From Nitriliruptorales bacterium (GTDB lineage: Bacteria > Actinomycetota > Nitriliruptoria > Nitriliruptorales > JAHWKO01), in contig JBHELG010000040.1 in the NCBI GenBank assembly GCA_046263195.1, positions 1,186-65,185 of the forward strand: 64,000 nucleotides of DNA, read 5' to 3'. The position numbers were made by a program, and so were the translations under genes. This document shows positions 1 through 8,731 of the stretch, one piece after another (the stretch's first letter is position 1; each line of letters begins with the position of its first letter). A model generated the notes under the pieces. The model had not been told where the DNA came from, made no database searches, and saw only the letters and a list, made by a program, of their open reading frames with translations.

Positions 1-1310
1 AGGCGCCACCTGGACTCGCGATCGTCATCGCGCTCGTGCTGCTCGGCGCGAACGCCTTCTTCGTAGCAGCCGAGATCGCCCTGCTAGCGGCGCGGCGGGC
101 ACGCATCGAGGAACGCGCCGACCAAGGAGATCGTCGCGCCCAGCTGGCCGCGGCCGCGCTGCGCGAGCTGTCGGTCACCTTCTCGGGCGCTCAGCTCGGC
201 ATCACCATGACCTCCCTCGGCCTCGGCGCGATCGCCGAGCCCGCAGCCGTCCGCCTCCTCGAGCGGGCACTCCTCGTCGCACCACTGTCGCCCGGGGCCC
301 GCCATGCGGTCGCGTTCGGAATCGGCCTCACGATCATCGTCTCCCTCCACATGATCGTGGGCGAGATGGCTCCCAAGAACATCGCGCTCGCGAGGGCGGA
401 GAGGGTCGCGCTGCGGCTCGCCCGCCCCTTCAGGGCCTTCATGCTCATCTTCCGACCGCTCATCCTCGGGTTGAACGCGAATGCGAACGCGCTCGTGCGC
501 CTCGTGGGGGTCGAACCGCGTCAGGGGCTGGGCCTCGTGCACACGCCGGAGGAGCTCGTGTTTCTGCTGCGCGAGTCACAACGGGAGGGAATCCTGCCCG
601 ATCCGGAGGCGCGCGTGCTCACGGCGGCCCTGGGCCTCGGCAGGATCGACGCCGAGGCGGCGATGACGCCGCGGGTCGACCTGGCAGCGGTCCCGGACGA
701 CGCGGGCGCAGTCGAGGTCCTCGAACTGTCCCGCGAGACAGGTTTCACCCGCTTCCCCGTGTACCACGGTGATGTAGACGACATCGTCGGTGTCGTGAAC
801 GTCAAGGACGTTCTCATCCGTGACAGCGACCAGTTCGAAGAGATGAGCGTTGCGGACGTCATCCGACCGATACCAGCGGTGCCCGAGAACCACGATCTCG
901 AGCGACTGCTCCGCGACATGCGTCGGGACCGTTCCCACGCCGTCCTCGTCATCGACGAGTTCGGCGGCACGGCGGGGATCGTGACCCTCGAAGACGTCCT
1001 CGAAGAGCTCGTCGGGGAGATCGAGGACGAGTTCGACCCTCGCGCGGCAGATGTACGCCACCTCGGCGAGAAGTGCTGGGTCGTTCCCGGCACGCTGCGT
1101 CGCGACGAGTTGGCTCATCACACCGGACTCGAGCTGTCCGAGGGTGACTACGAGACCGTATCGGGATACCTCACCGAGCGACTCGGTCGGCTCGTGCAAC
1201 CGGGTGACGAGATCACCGAGAACGGCTGGACCTTGCGAGTGCGCACACTCGACGGTAGGCGGGCCGGCGAGATCGAGGTGGTGGGGCCCGAGAAACGGGA
1301 GGAGGAGTGA
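1..1310 (+). CDS. DUF21(CNNM)-CBS-CorC_HlyC family membrane protein (hemolysin-like / putative divalent-cation efflux), 5' end off-window
   Basis: Frame of ORF 36..1310 stays open to the left window edge. It has DUF21-type TM helices (LAIVIALVLLGANAFFVAAEIALL), two CBS-like segments (VDDIVGVVNVKDVL; AVLVIDEFGGTAGIVTLEDVLEEL) and a CorC_HlyC-like C-terminus (GWTLRVRTLDGRRAGEIEV). Confidence 0.8.
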   Translation, partial: APPGLAIVIALVLLGANAFFVAAEIALLAARRARIEERADQGDRRAQLAAAALRELSVTFSGAQLGITMTSLGLGAIAEPAAVRLLERALLVAPLSPGARHAVAFGIGLTIIVSLHMIVGEMAPKNIALARAERVALRLARPFRAFMLIFRPLILGLNANANALVRLVGVEPRQGLGLVHTPEELVFLLRESQREGILPDPEARVLTAALGLGRIDAEAAMTPRVDLAAVPDDAGAVEVLELSRETGFTRFPVYHGDVDDIVGVVNVKDVLIRDSDQFEEMSVADVIRPIPAVPENHDLERLLRDMRRDRSHAVLVIDEFGGTAGIVTLEDVLEELVGEIEDEFDPRAADVRHLGEKCWVVPGTLRRDELAHHTGLELSEGDYETVSGYLTERLGRLVQPGDEITENGWTLRVRTLDGRRAGEIEVVGPEKREEE

Positions 1311-1446
1311 GGCCCTAGGCGCGCCGCACGCCCCACGCCAGTCTGATTCTCAGGTCATGGACAGCTGGCTCGAGACGGTCAGGACCGCCCCGAGTTCCTC
1401 CAGGGATGGCTCCGTCCCACCGTTCCCGAAGGTTCGTGCGGAATGT

Positions 1447-1474
1447 TTGACGCTGACGTCAGCGTCGGTATGGT
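1447..1474 (+). promoter_or_regulatory. promoter-like unit 1 with embedded 18-bp perfect palindrome (candidate fab-operon operator)
   Basis: TTGACG(1447-1452), 16 nt, TATGGT(1469-1474). The palindrome GACGCTGACGTCAGCGTC at 1449-1466 overlaps the -35 and the spacer. Confidence 0.4.
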
Positions 1475-1530
1475 ATCGAGGGGGCTGGGGCAAATTCGTC
1501 CTACCAACGGCACGTGCTAGTGTCGCACAG

Positions 1531-1558
1531 TTGACGTTGACGTCAATGTCGGTAAAGG
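1531..1558 (+). promoter_or_regulatory. promoter-like unit 2, near-duplicate of unit 1 (candidate fab-operon operator)
   Basis: TTGACG(1531-1536), 16 nt, TAAAGG(1553-1558). Palindrome GACGTTGACGTCAATGTC at 1533-1550 has one mismatch, with a perfect core TTGACGTCAA. It lies about 75 nt upstream of the fabD GTG start. Confidence 0.4.
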
Positions 1559-1632
1559 GTCTGCGCGTCCGTGAGGCGAAGGTCGTCCCCCCGATGCCTA
1601 CCGCGGCGCTCTGAACGCCCGAAAGGACAGAG

Positions 1633-2598
1633 GTGACGGTCGCGATCGTATTCCCTGGGCAAGGGGCTCACCGCGATGGCATGGCGAGCGCATGGCGCAG
1701 CCACCGCGCATATGCGACGTTTGCCGAGGTCGGACGCCTTTGCGGTATCTCCGACCTCGCCCGTCTCGCGGACGATCCGAGCGCCTGCGCGGCCACCGCC
1801 GTAGCGCAACCCGCGGTCTTCGCAGCCAGTATCGCCGCCTGGCGTGCCCTCGGCGACGTCGGCATCGAACCCAGCGCCGTCGCCGGCCACAGCCTGGGAG
1901 AGGTCACCGCTGCAGTCGCCGCCGGTTCTCTCTCCCTGCAAGACGGAGCCGTCCTCGTGGCCGAACGGGGGCGGGCATTCGCCGCCGCTTGTAGGCGCAA
2001 CCCTGGCACCATGGCGGCGGTCCTCGGTCTCGACCGAGCAGCGGTCGAGGAAGCGACCGGGGACATGGCGGACGTGACGGTCGCCAACGACAACGCGCCC
2101 GGTCAACTCGTCATTGCCGGGCCCCCGGAAGCCGTCGACGGCGCCGCCGAAGCGTGCCGCGCCGCCGGGGGTCGAGTACGGCTGCTCGACGTCGAGGGGG
2201 CCTTCCACACGCCAGCCATGACGCCAGCCGTCGTTCGTGTCGCCGCCGTCCTCCGCCGCCTCGCAGTGACCGACCCCGAGGTCCAACTCGTGCGGGGGGC
2301 TTCCGCTGATGTCGCAGCGACCGCAGCGGAAGTGAGACGCGGGATCGTGGACGGGGTACTAGCGCCCGTGAGGTGGCGAGAGGTGCAGTACCGGCTGGTC
2401 GATCTCGGCGCGGAGACGATCATAGAAGCCGGATCCGGGGTTCTGCGCGGCCTCTCGCGACGGACGGTGCCCGACCTGCCCAGCTTCTCGGCCGACAGTC
2501 CCGAAGCAGTGCGTCAGGTGGCCGCGAAGCTCATGCTGGATGGGCGCCCCCTTGCTCGGCGTGAGGAAGCGCTACTCGAGGAGGTGCACGCTCGATGA
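1633..2598 (+). CDS. fabD: malonyl-CoA:ACP transacylase
   Basis: GHSLGE nucleophile motif (AGHSLGEVTAAVAAG), 321 aa, first gene of the fab operon. Confidence 0.92.
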   Translation: MTVAIVFPGQGAHRDGMASAWRSHRAYATFAEVGRLCGISDLARLADDPSACAATAVAQPAVFAASIAAWRALGDVGIEPSAVAGHSLGEVTAAVAAGSLSLQDGAVLVAERGRAFAAACRRNPGTMAAVLGLDRAAVEEATGDMADVTVANDNAPGQLVIAGPPEAVDGAAEACRAAGGRVRLLDVEGAFHTPAMTPAVVRVAAVLRRLAVTDPEVQLVRGASADVAATAAEVRRGIVDGVLAPVRWREVQYRLVDLGAETIIEAGSGVLRGLSRRTVPDLPSFSADSPEAVRQVAAKLMLDGRPLARREEALLEEVHAR

Positions 2599-2825
2599 TC
2601 GCAATCCCCGCTTGCGTCGTCTGCGTCGCCCCGGCCGACGGCCGCGCCCGCGCGCTCGTCGAGCGCGGCACACCGGTCGAGGCGGGCCAGGTAGTCGCGA
2701 TCGTTGACACTCCGGGTCACTCCGCTCCCGTGCGGGCGCCTGTCTTCGGACAGGTCGGGGGCGCCCTCACCGGCCGCGGTCAGACCGTGAGCCGGGGAGA
2801 GGCGCTGGTGTGGCTGCTCCGCTGA
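2595..2825 (+). CDS. small biotinyl/lipoyl (hybrid-motif) domain protein lacking the modifiable lysine
   Basis: 76 aa. ATG overlaps the fabD stop (ATGA) and the 3' end overlaps the fabH GTG by 16 nt. The sequence matches the BCCP pattern (V.AP..G......G..V..GQ..AIV[EAMKM]...V.AP..G.V......G..V..GE.L), but DTPGH replaces EAMKM and the protein contains no Lys at all. Confidence 0.55.
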   Translation: MIAIPACVVCVAPADGRARALVERGTPVEAGQVVAIVDTPGHSAPVRAPVFGQVGGALTGRGQTVSRGEALVWLLR

Positions 2826-3865
2826 CCTTTGCCACCGCGCTCGATGGGCCAGCCATCGCGTCGGTGCCGGGTGCCCTCGCCGTGGCCGTAACCGGCCTTG
2901 GTGTGTCATTGCCGGAGGAGATCGTCACCAACGCGGACTGGGCGTCCCGACTCGATACGTCCGACGAGTGGATCGTGACGCGTACGGGCATCCACGAACG
3001 TCGACGTGCGGCGCCTCACGAAGCCACCTCTGACCTCGCAACCAGTGCCGCGTCAGCCGCGCTCGCCGACGCCGGAATGGACGGCGGCGACGTCGGCGCC
3101 ATCGTGCTCGCCACGACGACTCCCGACCACGTCATTCCGCAGACAGCGCCCGTCGTGGCCGCCCGTCTCGGGCTCGAGGTCCCGGCCTTCGACATCGGCG
3201 CAGGCTGCTCGGGCTTCGTATACGGCCTGGCGGTCGCTGCCAGCCTGGCCATGACCGGTCTCGCCCGCCCCGTCCTGCTCGTCGGGGCGGAGACGTTGAC
3301 GCGCGTGATCGATCCGTCCGACCGTCAGACGGCAGTGCTGTTCGGCGATGGCGCGGGCGCGTGCGTGCTCACGGCCTGCAGCGAGAGCGTCTGGGGCAGC
3401 GTCGGGCCCTTCGATCTCGGATCGGATGGCACCCAGGCCGATGCACTCGTCGTCCCGGCTGGAGGAGCTCGCACGCCCGCCACGCCCGAAACGGTCGCGG
3501 CCAACCGTCATGTCCTGCTCATGCGGGGACGCGAGGTGTACCGCCACGCCGTCACCCGTATGAGCGCGTCCGCATCGAGCGTCCTGCAACGCGCGGGGAT
3601 GGGGGCAGGAGACGTCGACCTGCTCGTGGGGCACCAGGCCAACGCGCGCATCCTCGATGCGGTGGCTCAGCGGCTCGGGATTCGTGACGAGCAGGCCTTC
3701 GTCTGTGTCGAGCGCTACGGCAACACCTCTGCTGCGTCCATCCCCATTGCGCTCGACGAGGCCCGGGCGGCAGGCCGCTTGCAACCCGGTACGCGGGTTT
3801 TGTTGACAGCGTTCGGGGCCGGCTTGACGTGGGGTTCCTGTCTGTTGACCTGGCCTGGCACATGA
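2810..3865 (+). CDS. fabH: 3-oxoacyl-ACP synthase III
   Basis: TSDEWIVTRTGI, active-site Cys context GAGCSGFVYGL, GHQANARI, GNTSAASIP. GTG start at 2810. Confidence 0.9.
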   Translation: MAAPLTFATALDGPAIASVPGALAVAVTGLGVSLPEEIVTNADWASRLDTSDEWIVTRTGIHERRRAAPHEATSDLATSAASAALADAGMDGGDVGAIVLATTTPDHVIPQTAPVVAARLGLEVPAFDIGAGCSGFVYGLAVAASLAMTGLARPVLLVGAETLTRVIDPSDRQTAVLFGDGAGACVLTACSESVWGSVGPFDLGSDGTQADALVVPAGGARTPATPETVAANRHVLLMRGREVYRHAVTRMSASASSVLQRAGMGAGDVDLLVGHQANARILDAVAQRLGIRDEQAFVCVERYGNTSAASIPIALDEARAAGRLQPGTRVLLTAFGAGLTWGSCLLTWPGT

Positions 3866-4587
3866 GCGACCTCGTCGCCCTCGTCACCGGCGGCAGCGGC
3901 GGTATCGGAGCTGCCACCTGCCGTGCGCTGTCCGCCGCCGGCATGGCCGTGCTCGTTGGCTACGGCAGGGCCCACCAGACCGCAGCGGAGGTCGCCCGGT
4001 CGTGCGCGGGACCCGCCGAGGCCGTCGCATGCGACGTGACCGCTCCCGACCAGGTGCGGGGAGCGGTCGAACGGGCCGGGGAGTTCGGCCGTCTTCATGT
4101 GCTCGTCCACGCGGCAGGCATCGCCGATGACGACCTCCTACTGCGACTCGAACCGCACCGTTGGGATCGCACCATCGAGGTGAACCTGCGTGGCGCCTAC
4201 CTCGCCTGTCGGGCGGCGCTGCGCCCGATGCTACGAGCCCGCTGCGGCCGCATCGTGCTCGTCACGTCGGTCGTGGGGCTTCGGGGCAACGCCGGTCAGA
4301 CGGCATACGGTGCTGCGAAAGCCGGTCTCATAGGCCTGGCGAAATCTCTCGCTCGCGAGGTCGCCCGTAAGGGCATCACCGTGAACGCGGTGGCGCCTGG
4401 CTATGTCGAGACACCCATGACCGCGGGGATCCCGGACGAGGTGCGTGCCCGCCACGTCGAGGAGTCCCCACTCGGTCGGGCGGTCACGGCCGTGGAAGTC
4501 GCAGCAGCCATCCGGTTTCTGACCTCGGACGAGGCGGCGCCGATCACCGGCGCCGTGCTTCCAGTGGACGGCGGTACCACCATCTGA
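3862..4587 (+). CDS. fabG: 3-oxoacyl-ACP reductase (SDR)
   Basis: TGGSGGIG Rossmann motif and YGAAKAG (YxxxK). ATG 3862 overlaps the fabH stop (ATGA). The longer ORF start at 3829 is unlikely. Confidence 0.88.
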   Translation: MSDLVALVTGGSGGIGAATCRALSAAGMAVLVGYGRAHQTAAEVARSCAGPAEAVACDVTAPDQVRGAVERAGEFGRLHVLVHAAGIADDDLLLRLEPHRWDRTIEVNLRGAYLACRAALRPMLRARCGRIVLVTSVVGLRGNAGQTAYGAAKAGLIGLAKSLAREVARKGITVNAVAPGYVETPMTAGIPDEVRARHVEESPLGRAVTAVEVAAAIRFLTSDEAAPITGAVLPVDGGTTI

Positions 4588-4598
4588 AAGGAGAAGCC

Positions 4599-4844
4599 AT
4601 GGACCAGAACATCTACGCCAACGTCGAGCGCATTCTCACGGGCACCTTCCAGGTACCTGCCGACGAAGTCTCACCGGACGCCACCTTCGAGTCGCTCGAA
4701 CTCGACTCGCTCGACCTCGTCGAACTCACGCTCGCGGTCGAGGAGGAGCTCGGCGTGAAGATCGAGGACGAGGAGATGGAGCAGATCCGTACCGTGCGGG
4801 ACTCGGTGGACCTCATCGCAGCGAAGTCCGGGGTCTCGGCGTGA
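4599..4844 (+). CDS. acpP: acyl carrier protein
   Basis: 81 aa and acidic. LDSLDLVEL contains the DSL phosphopantetheine-attachment serine. A GGAG-type SD (aaggagaa) lies upstream. Confidence 0.93.
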   Translation: MDQNIYANVERILTGTFQVPADEVSPDATFESLELDSLDLVELTLAVEEELGVKIEDEEMEQIRTVRDSVDLIAAKSGVSA

Positions 4845-6076
4845 GGGACGGGATCGTCGTCACCGGCGTCGGGCTCGTGACGCCGGCTGGGCGCGGCACC
4901 CAGGAGTCGTGGGCGGGGGTGCTCGCAGGTCAACCCGCGGCGGGGCCCGATCCCGAACTGGAGGCTGCCGGGATTCCGGTCACGATCTCGTGTCGGGTTC
5001 CCGCCTTCGACGCCGACGCCGAGCTTGGCCGGGGCGCCTCGAGGCGCCTCGACCGTTACGTCCACCTCGCGCTCCTGGCGGGACGTGAGGCGGTCGATTC
5101 GGCCGGGCTGAAGCTCGGCCCCGAGGCCGACCCTGAGCTGACCGGGCGAGTCGGCGTCGTGCTGGGCTGCGGCATCGGAGGGGTGATCTCCTGGGAGGAG
5201 CAGCATGCGAGCTTCCTCCAGCGCGGACGGGTCAGCCCACTGCTCATCCCGAAGATGCTGTCGAACATGGCTCCGGGCCAGCTCGCCATCGAGTTCGGCA
5301 CACGCGGCCCCAACTTCGCGGTGAACACCGCCTGCGCCGCGGGAGCAACCGCTCTTCACGTCGCACGCGATTTACTGCGCTCAGGTACCGCCGACATCAT
5401 GCTCGCGGGCGGGATCGAAGCCGGAATCACGCCCCTGTCGGCTGCGGCGTTCGCCCAGATGGGCGCGCTGTCCCGCCGCAACGACCGCACCGCTTCCCGG
5501 CCCTTCGACGCGGAGCGTGACGGCTTCGTGCTGGGAGAAGGGGCTGGGGTGCTCGTACTGGAGCGTGCTGCAGACGCGCACGCACGGGCGGCTGTGCCGC
5601 TCGCCGTCTTCGCCGGCGCAGGCTCCTCCGCTGACGCCCACCATCAGACCGCCCCGCCTGAAGATGGCGCGGGAGCGGTGCTTGCGATGGCCCGGGCTCT
5701 CGCCGACGCGGGTCTCGAGCCTGGCGACGTCGACCACGTGAACGCTCACGGCACCTCCACTCCTCTCAACGACCGCGCCGAGGCGCTGGCGGTGCGCAAG
5801 GTGTTCGGGTCGGCGGCAGATCGGCTCACGGTTGCCTCCACGAAGGGTGTGACCGGGCACCTGCTCGGCGCAGCGGGCGGGGTCGAGGCCGCCTTCGCGG
5901 TGCTCGCCATCCGTGAAGGAGTCGTGCCTCCGACGGCGAACCTCACCCGCCTGGACGAGGCGGTGGACCTCGACGTCGTCCAGGGCAAGGCGCGCCGCCA
6001 GCAGATACAGGTGGCGCTCAGCAACTCGTTCGGTTTCGGCGGACAGAACGAGGCGCTGCTCTTCGCCGCCGCCTGA
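4841..6076 (+). CDS. fabF: 3-oxoacyl-ACP synthase II (KAS I/II)
   Basis: NTACAAGATALH (active-site Cys), NAHGTSTPLND, GHLLGAAGG, NSFGFGGQN. The GTG start overlaps the acpP stop. Confidence 0.92.
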   Translation: MRDGIVVTGVGLVTPAGRGTQESWAGVLAGQPAAGPDPELEAAGIPVTISCRVPAFDADAELGRGASRRLDRYVHLALLAGREAVDSAGLKLGPEADPELTGRVGVVLGCGIGGVISWEEQHASFLQRGRVSPLLIPKMLSNMAPGQLAIEFGTRGPNFAVNTACAAGATALHVARDLLRSGTADIMLAGGIEAGITPLSAAAFAQMGALSRRNDRTASRPFDAERDGFVLGEGAGVLVLERAADAHARAAVPLAVFAGAGSSADAHHQTAPPEDGAGAVLAMARALADAGLEPGDVDHVNAHGTSTPLNDRAEALAVRKVFGSAADRLTVASTKGVTGHLLGAAGGVEAAFAVLAIREGVVPPTANLTRLDEAVDLDVVQGKARRQQIQVALSNSFGFGGQNEALLFAAA

Positions 6077-6101
6077 GTCGTAGCAAAGCTGGGAGCTGGC
6101 C

Positions 6102-7583
6102 GTGTCGAACCCGATCACCGCAGAGATACCCGGCGTGAACCCGACAGACCTGCGACCGGGGGACGGGGCTCGGGCCCGCATCGACCTGCTCGTGGACTCC
6201 GACAGCTTCCTCGAGCTCGGCTCCGCTCGTCATCACCGGGCGACCGGCTTCGGCCTCGAACAGCGCCACCCCGAGGGAGACGGAGTCGTTTCAGGTACCG
6301 CGACAATCGGGGGTCGCGCCGCTTACGTCTATGCGCAGGATCGCGGCGTCCTTGGTGGCTCCCTCGGAGAGGCTCACGCGGACAAGATCGCACGCACCAT
6401 TGCCACCGCAGCCCGGAGCGGCGCCCCCGTGATAGGCGTTCACGACTCCGGTGGTGCCCGTATCCAGGAGGGGGTTGCTGCCCTCGACGGCTACGGCCAG
6501 GTGTTCCACGCAAATGTCCGCGCCTCCGGACGGGTTCCCCAGATCGCGCTCGTCCTCGGGCCATGCGCGGGCGGGGCCGTGTATTCGCCGGCGCTCATGG
6601 ACTTCGTGGTCATGCGCCAGGATGCGTACATGTTCCTCACCGGACCCCGGGTCGTGAAGGCGGTCACGTACGAGGACGTTGACGCCCTCACTCTCGGGGG
6701 GCCGGTCGTCCATGCCGAACGGAGCGGCTGCGCCCATTTCGTGGCTGATGACGACGTTGCGGCTTTTGCACTCGTACGGGAGCTGCTGTCCTACCTCCCC
6801 AGCTCCTGTCACGAGCCGCCACCGTCGCTGCCAGCCGAGGACCCCGCGGAGGTCAGACTCGATGCAGTCGTGCCGTCCGATCGCCGCCAGCCCTACGACG
6901 TGCGGGAAGTCGTGCGTGGCCTCGTCGACGCCGGTCGATTCCTAGAGGTGCAGGAGGGCTGGGCGCGCAGTCTCGTCGTCGGCTTCGCCCGCCTCGATGG
7001 TCATACCGTGGGGATCGTCGCCAACCAGGCCTCCTGGCTCGCAGGCTGCCTCGACCTCCAAGCGAGCGAGAAGGGCGCCCGCTTCGTACGCTTCTGCGAC
7101 GCCTTCGGGGTGCCGATCGTCGTGCTCGTCGACGTTCCCGGCTTCCTGCCGGGCACCGCTCAGGAGTCCGGCGGGATCATCCGCAAAGGCGCGAAGTTGC
7201 TCCACGCCTTTGCGTCCGCAACGGTCCCAAGGGTCACAGTCGTGCTGCGCAAAGCCTTCGGTGGCGCCTACATCGTGATGAACTCACGCGCGCTCGGCGC
7301 AGACGCCGTCCTCGCCTGGCCGGGCTGCGAGCTGGCGGTCATGGGAGCGGAGGGTGCCGTGGACGTCATCTTTCGCCGTCAAGTGGAGAAGGACCCGTCG
7401 ACCCGGGAGCAACTCGCGGAGCGCTACCGGGACGGTGCCATGGACGTCGTCCTAGCCGCTCAGAGGGGCAGCGTCGACGAGATCATCGCACCCGACGAGA
7501 CCCGTCCCGCCCTCGTCGCACTCCTGCGCGGGCTGCGGGGCACGCGCCGGCCCGGCTTCGTCCACGACAACCTGCCACAGTAA
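6102..7583 (+). CDS. acyl-CoA carboxylase beta subunit (carboxyltransferase), accD6/pccB-like
   Basis: 493 aa with two carboxyltransferase halves (SGGARIQEG; LGPCAGGAVYSPALMDF; KAFGGAYIVM). It occupies the same operon position as accD6 in the mycobacterial fabD-acpM-kasA-kasB-accD6 operon (from memory). Confidence 0.88.
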   Translation: MSNPITAEIPGVNPTDLRPGDGARARIDLLVDSDSFLELGSARHHRATGFGLEQRHPEGDGVVSGTATIGGRAAYVYAQDRGVLGGSLGEAHADKIARTIATAARSGAPVIGVHDSGGARIQEGVAALDGYGQVFHANVRASGRVPQIALVLGPCAGGAVYSPALMDFVVMRQDAYMFLTGPRVVKAVTYEDVDALTLGGPVVHAERSGCAHFVADDDVAAFALVRELLSYLPSSCHEPPPSLPAEDPAEVRLDAVVPSDRRQPYDVREVVRGLVDAGRFLEVQEGWARSLVVGFARLDGHTVGIVANQASWLAGCLDLQASEKGARFVRFCDAFGVPIVVLVDVPGFLPGTAQESGGIIRKGAKLLHAFASATVPRVTVVLRKAFGGAYIVMNSRALGADAVLAWPGCELAVMGAEGAVDVIFRRQVEKDPSTREQLAERYRDGAMDVVLAAQRGSVDEIIAPDETRPALVALLRGLRGTRRPGFVHDNLPQ

Positions 7584-7587
7584 TGCC

Positions 7588-7938
7588 ATGAGAGCCGGAG
7601 TCGATGTCGTGGCGGTGGAGCGGGTCTCTGCCCTCCTCGCCCGCCGACGGGGCTTCCTGGAACGCGTCTTCACCGACAGGGAGGTCGCCGACAGCCTCAG
7701 AGGGGGCGTGTCCCTGTCTTCGTCGACGGCGGCAGCTCGGCTCGCGGCACGTTTCGCCGCGAAGGAGGCGGCGCGCAAAGCCCTCGACACCGCGCTCGGC
7801 TGGCGTGAGGTCGAGGTGCGCACGTCAGGCGACGGGGCTCCGGTCCTGTGGGTACGAGGGGCGCCGGCCCCCGCCAGCCTCTCGCTTGCCCATGACGGCG
7901 GCATCGCCGTGGCGTTCGTCGTGAACCAGGAGGGCTGA
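7588..7938 (+). CDS. acpS: holo-ACP synthase (4'-phosphopantetheinyl transferase)
   Basis: 116 aa: GVDVVAVERV, FAAKEAARKAL, LSLAHDGGIAVAFV. Confidence 0.88.
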   Translation: MRAGVDVVAVERVSALLARRRGFLERVFTDREVADSLRGGVSLSSSTAAARLAARFAAKEAARKALDTALGWREVEVRTSGDGAPVLWVRGAPAPASLSLAHDGGIAVAFVVNQEG

Positions 7939-7942
7939 ACGC

Positions 7943-8725
7943 GTGCTGCTCGAAGGCAAGCGCCTGCTCGTGACCGGGGTGTTCGATCCCCGTTCAATCG
8001 CCTTCCACGTGGCCCGTCTTGCCCAGGAACAGGGAGCCCAGGTGGTCCTCACCGGCTTCGGCAAGGCACGGCGGACCACCGAGCGCTCGGCGCAGCGCCT
8101 GCCGTACCCCCCGGACGTGCTCGAGCTCGACGTCACGGAGCCGAGCCATATCGCGGCCGTCGCGAAGGAACTTGATGCCCGCTGGGGTGTGCTCGACGGG
8201 TTGGTCCATGCGGTCGCCTACGCCCCGTCCTCCTGCCTTGGAGGCGGGTTCCTTCGTGCCCCTTGGCAGGATGTCGCCACGGTTTTTCACGTGTCCACGT
8301 ACTCCCTGGCTGCGCTCAGCGCCGGGCTCGCGCCACTGCTGCGGTCTCGGGGGGGCGGCGCGATAGTCGGGCTGGACTTCGATGCCAGCGTGGCCTGGCC
8401 CTCCTACGACTGGATGGGGGTCGCGAAGGCCGGACTCGAGTCCTGCGCGCGTTACCTCGCTCGTGATCTTGGGCCTGACGGGGTGAGGGTCAACCTCGTC
8501 GCTGCGGGCCCGCTCCACACCTTGTCGGCCCGTGGCATCGACGGTTTCGAGCGTTTCGAGGAAGTGTGGGCCGCCCGGGCGCCGCTCGGGTGGGACGCAC
8601 GCGACCCTCAGCCCGTGGCACGGGCGGTGTGCATGCTCCTGTCGGACTGGGCGAAAGGGATCAGCGGCGAGGTCGTTCATGTGGACGGCGGGGCGCACGC
8701 CATGGGGGCCAGCATCAGAGGCTGA
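7943..8725 (+). CDS. fabI: enoyl-ACP reductase (NADH), FabI/InhA type
   Basis: 260 aa SDR. LLEGKRLLVTGV N-terminus and Y-x6-K catalytic pair in SYDWMGVAKAGLES. Confidence 0.88.
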   Translation: MLLEGKRLLVTGVFDPRSIAFHVARLAQEQGAQVVLTGFGKARRTTERSAQRLPYPPDVLELDVTEPSHIAAVAKELDARWGVLDGLVHAVAYAPSSCLGGGFLRAPWQDVATVFHVSTYSLAALSAGLAPLLRSRGGGAIVGLDFDASVAWPSYDWMGVAKAGLESCARYLARDLGPDGVRVNLVAAGPLHTLSARGIDGFERFEEVWAARAPLGWDARDPQPVARAVCMLLSDWAKGISGEVVHVDGGAHAMGASIRG

Positions 8726-8731
8726 TGGGCA

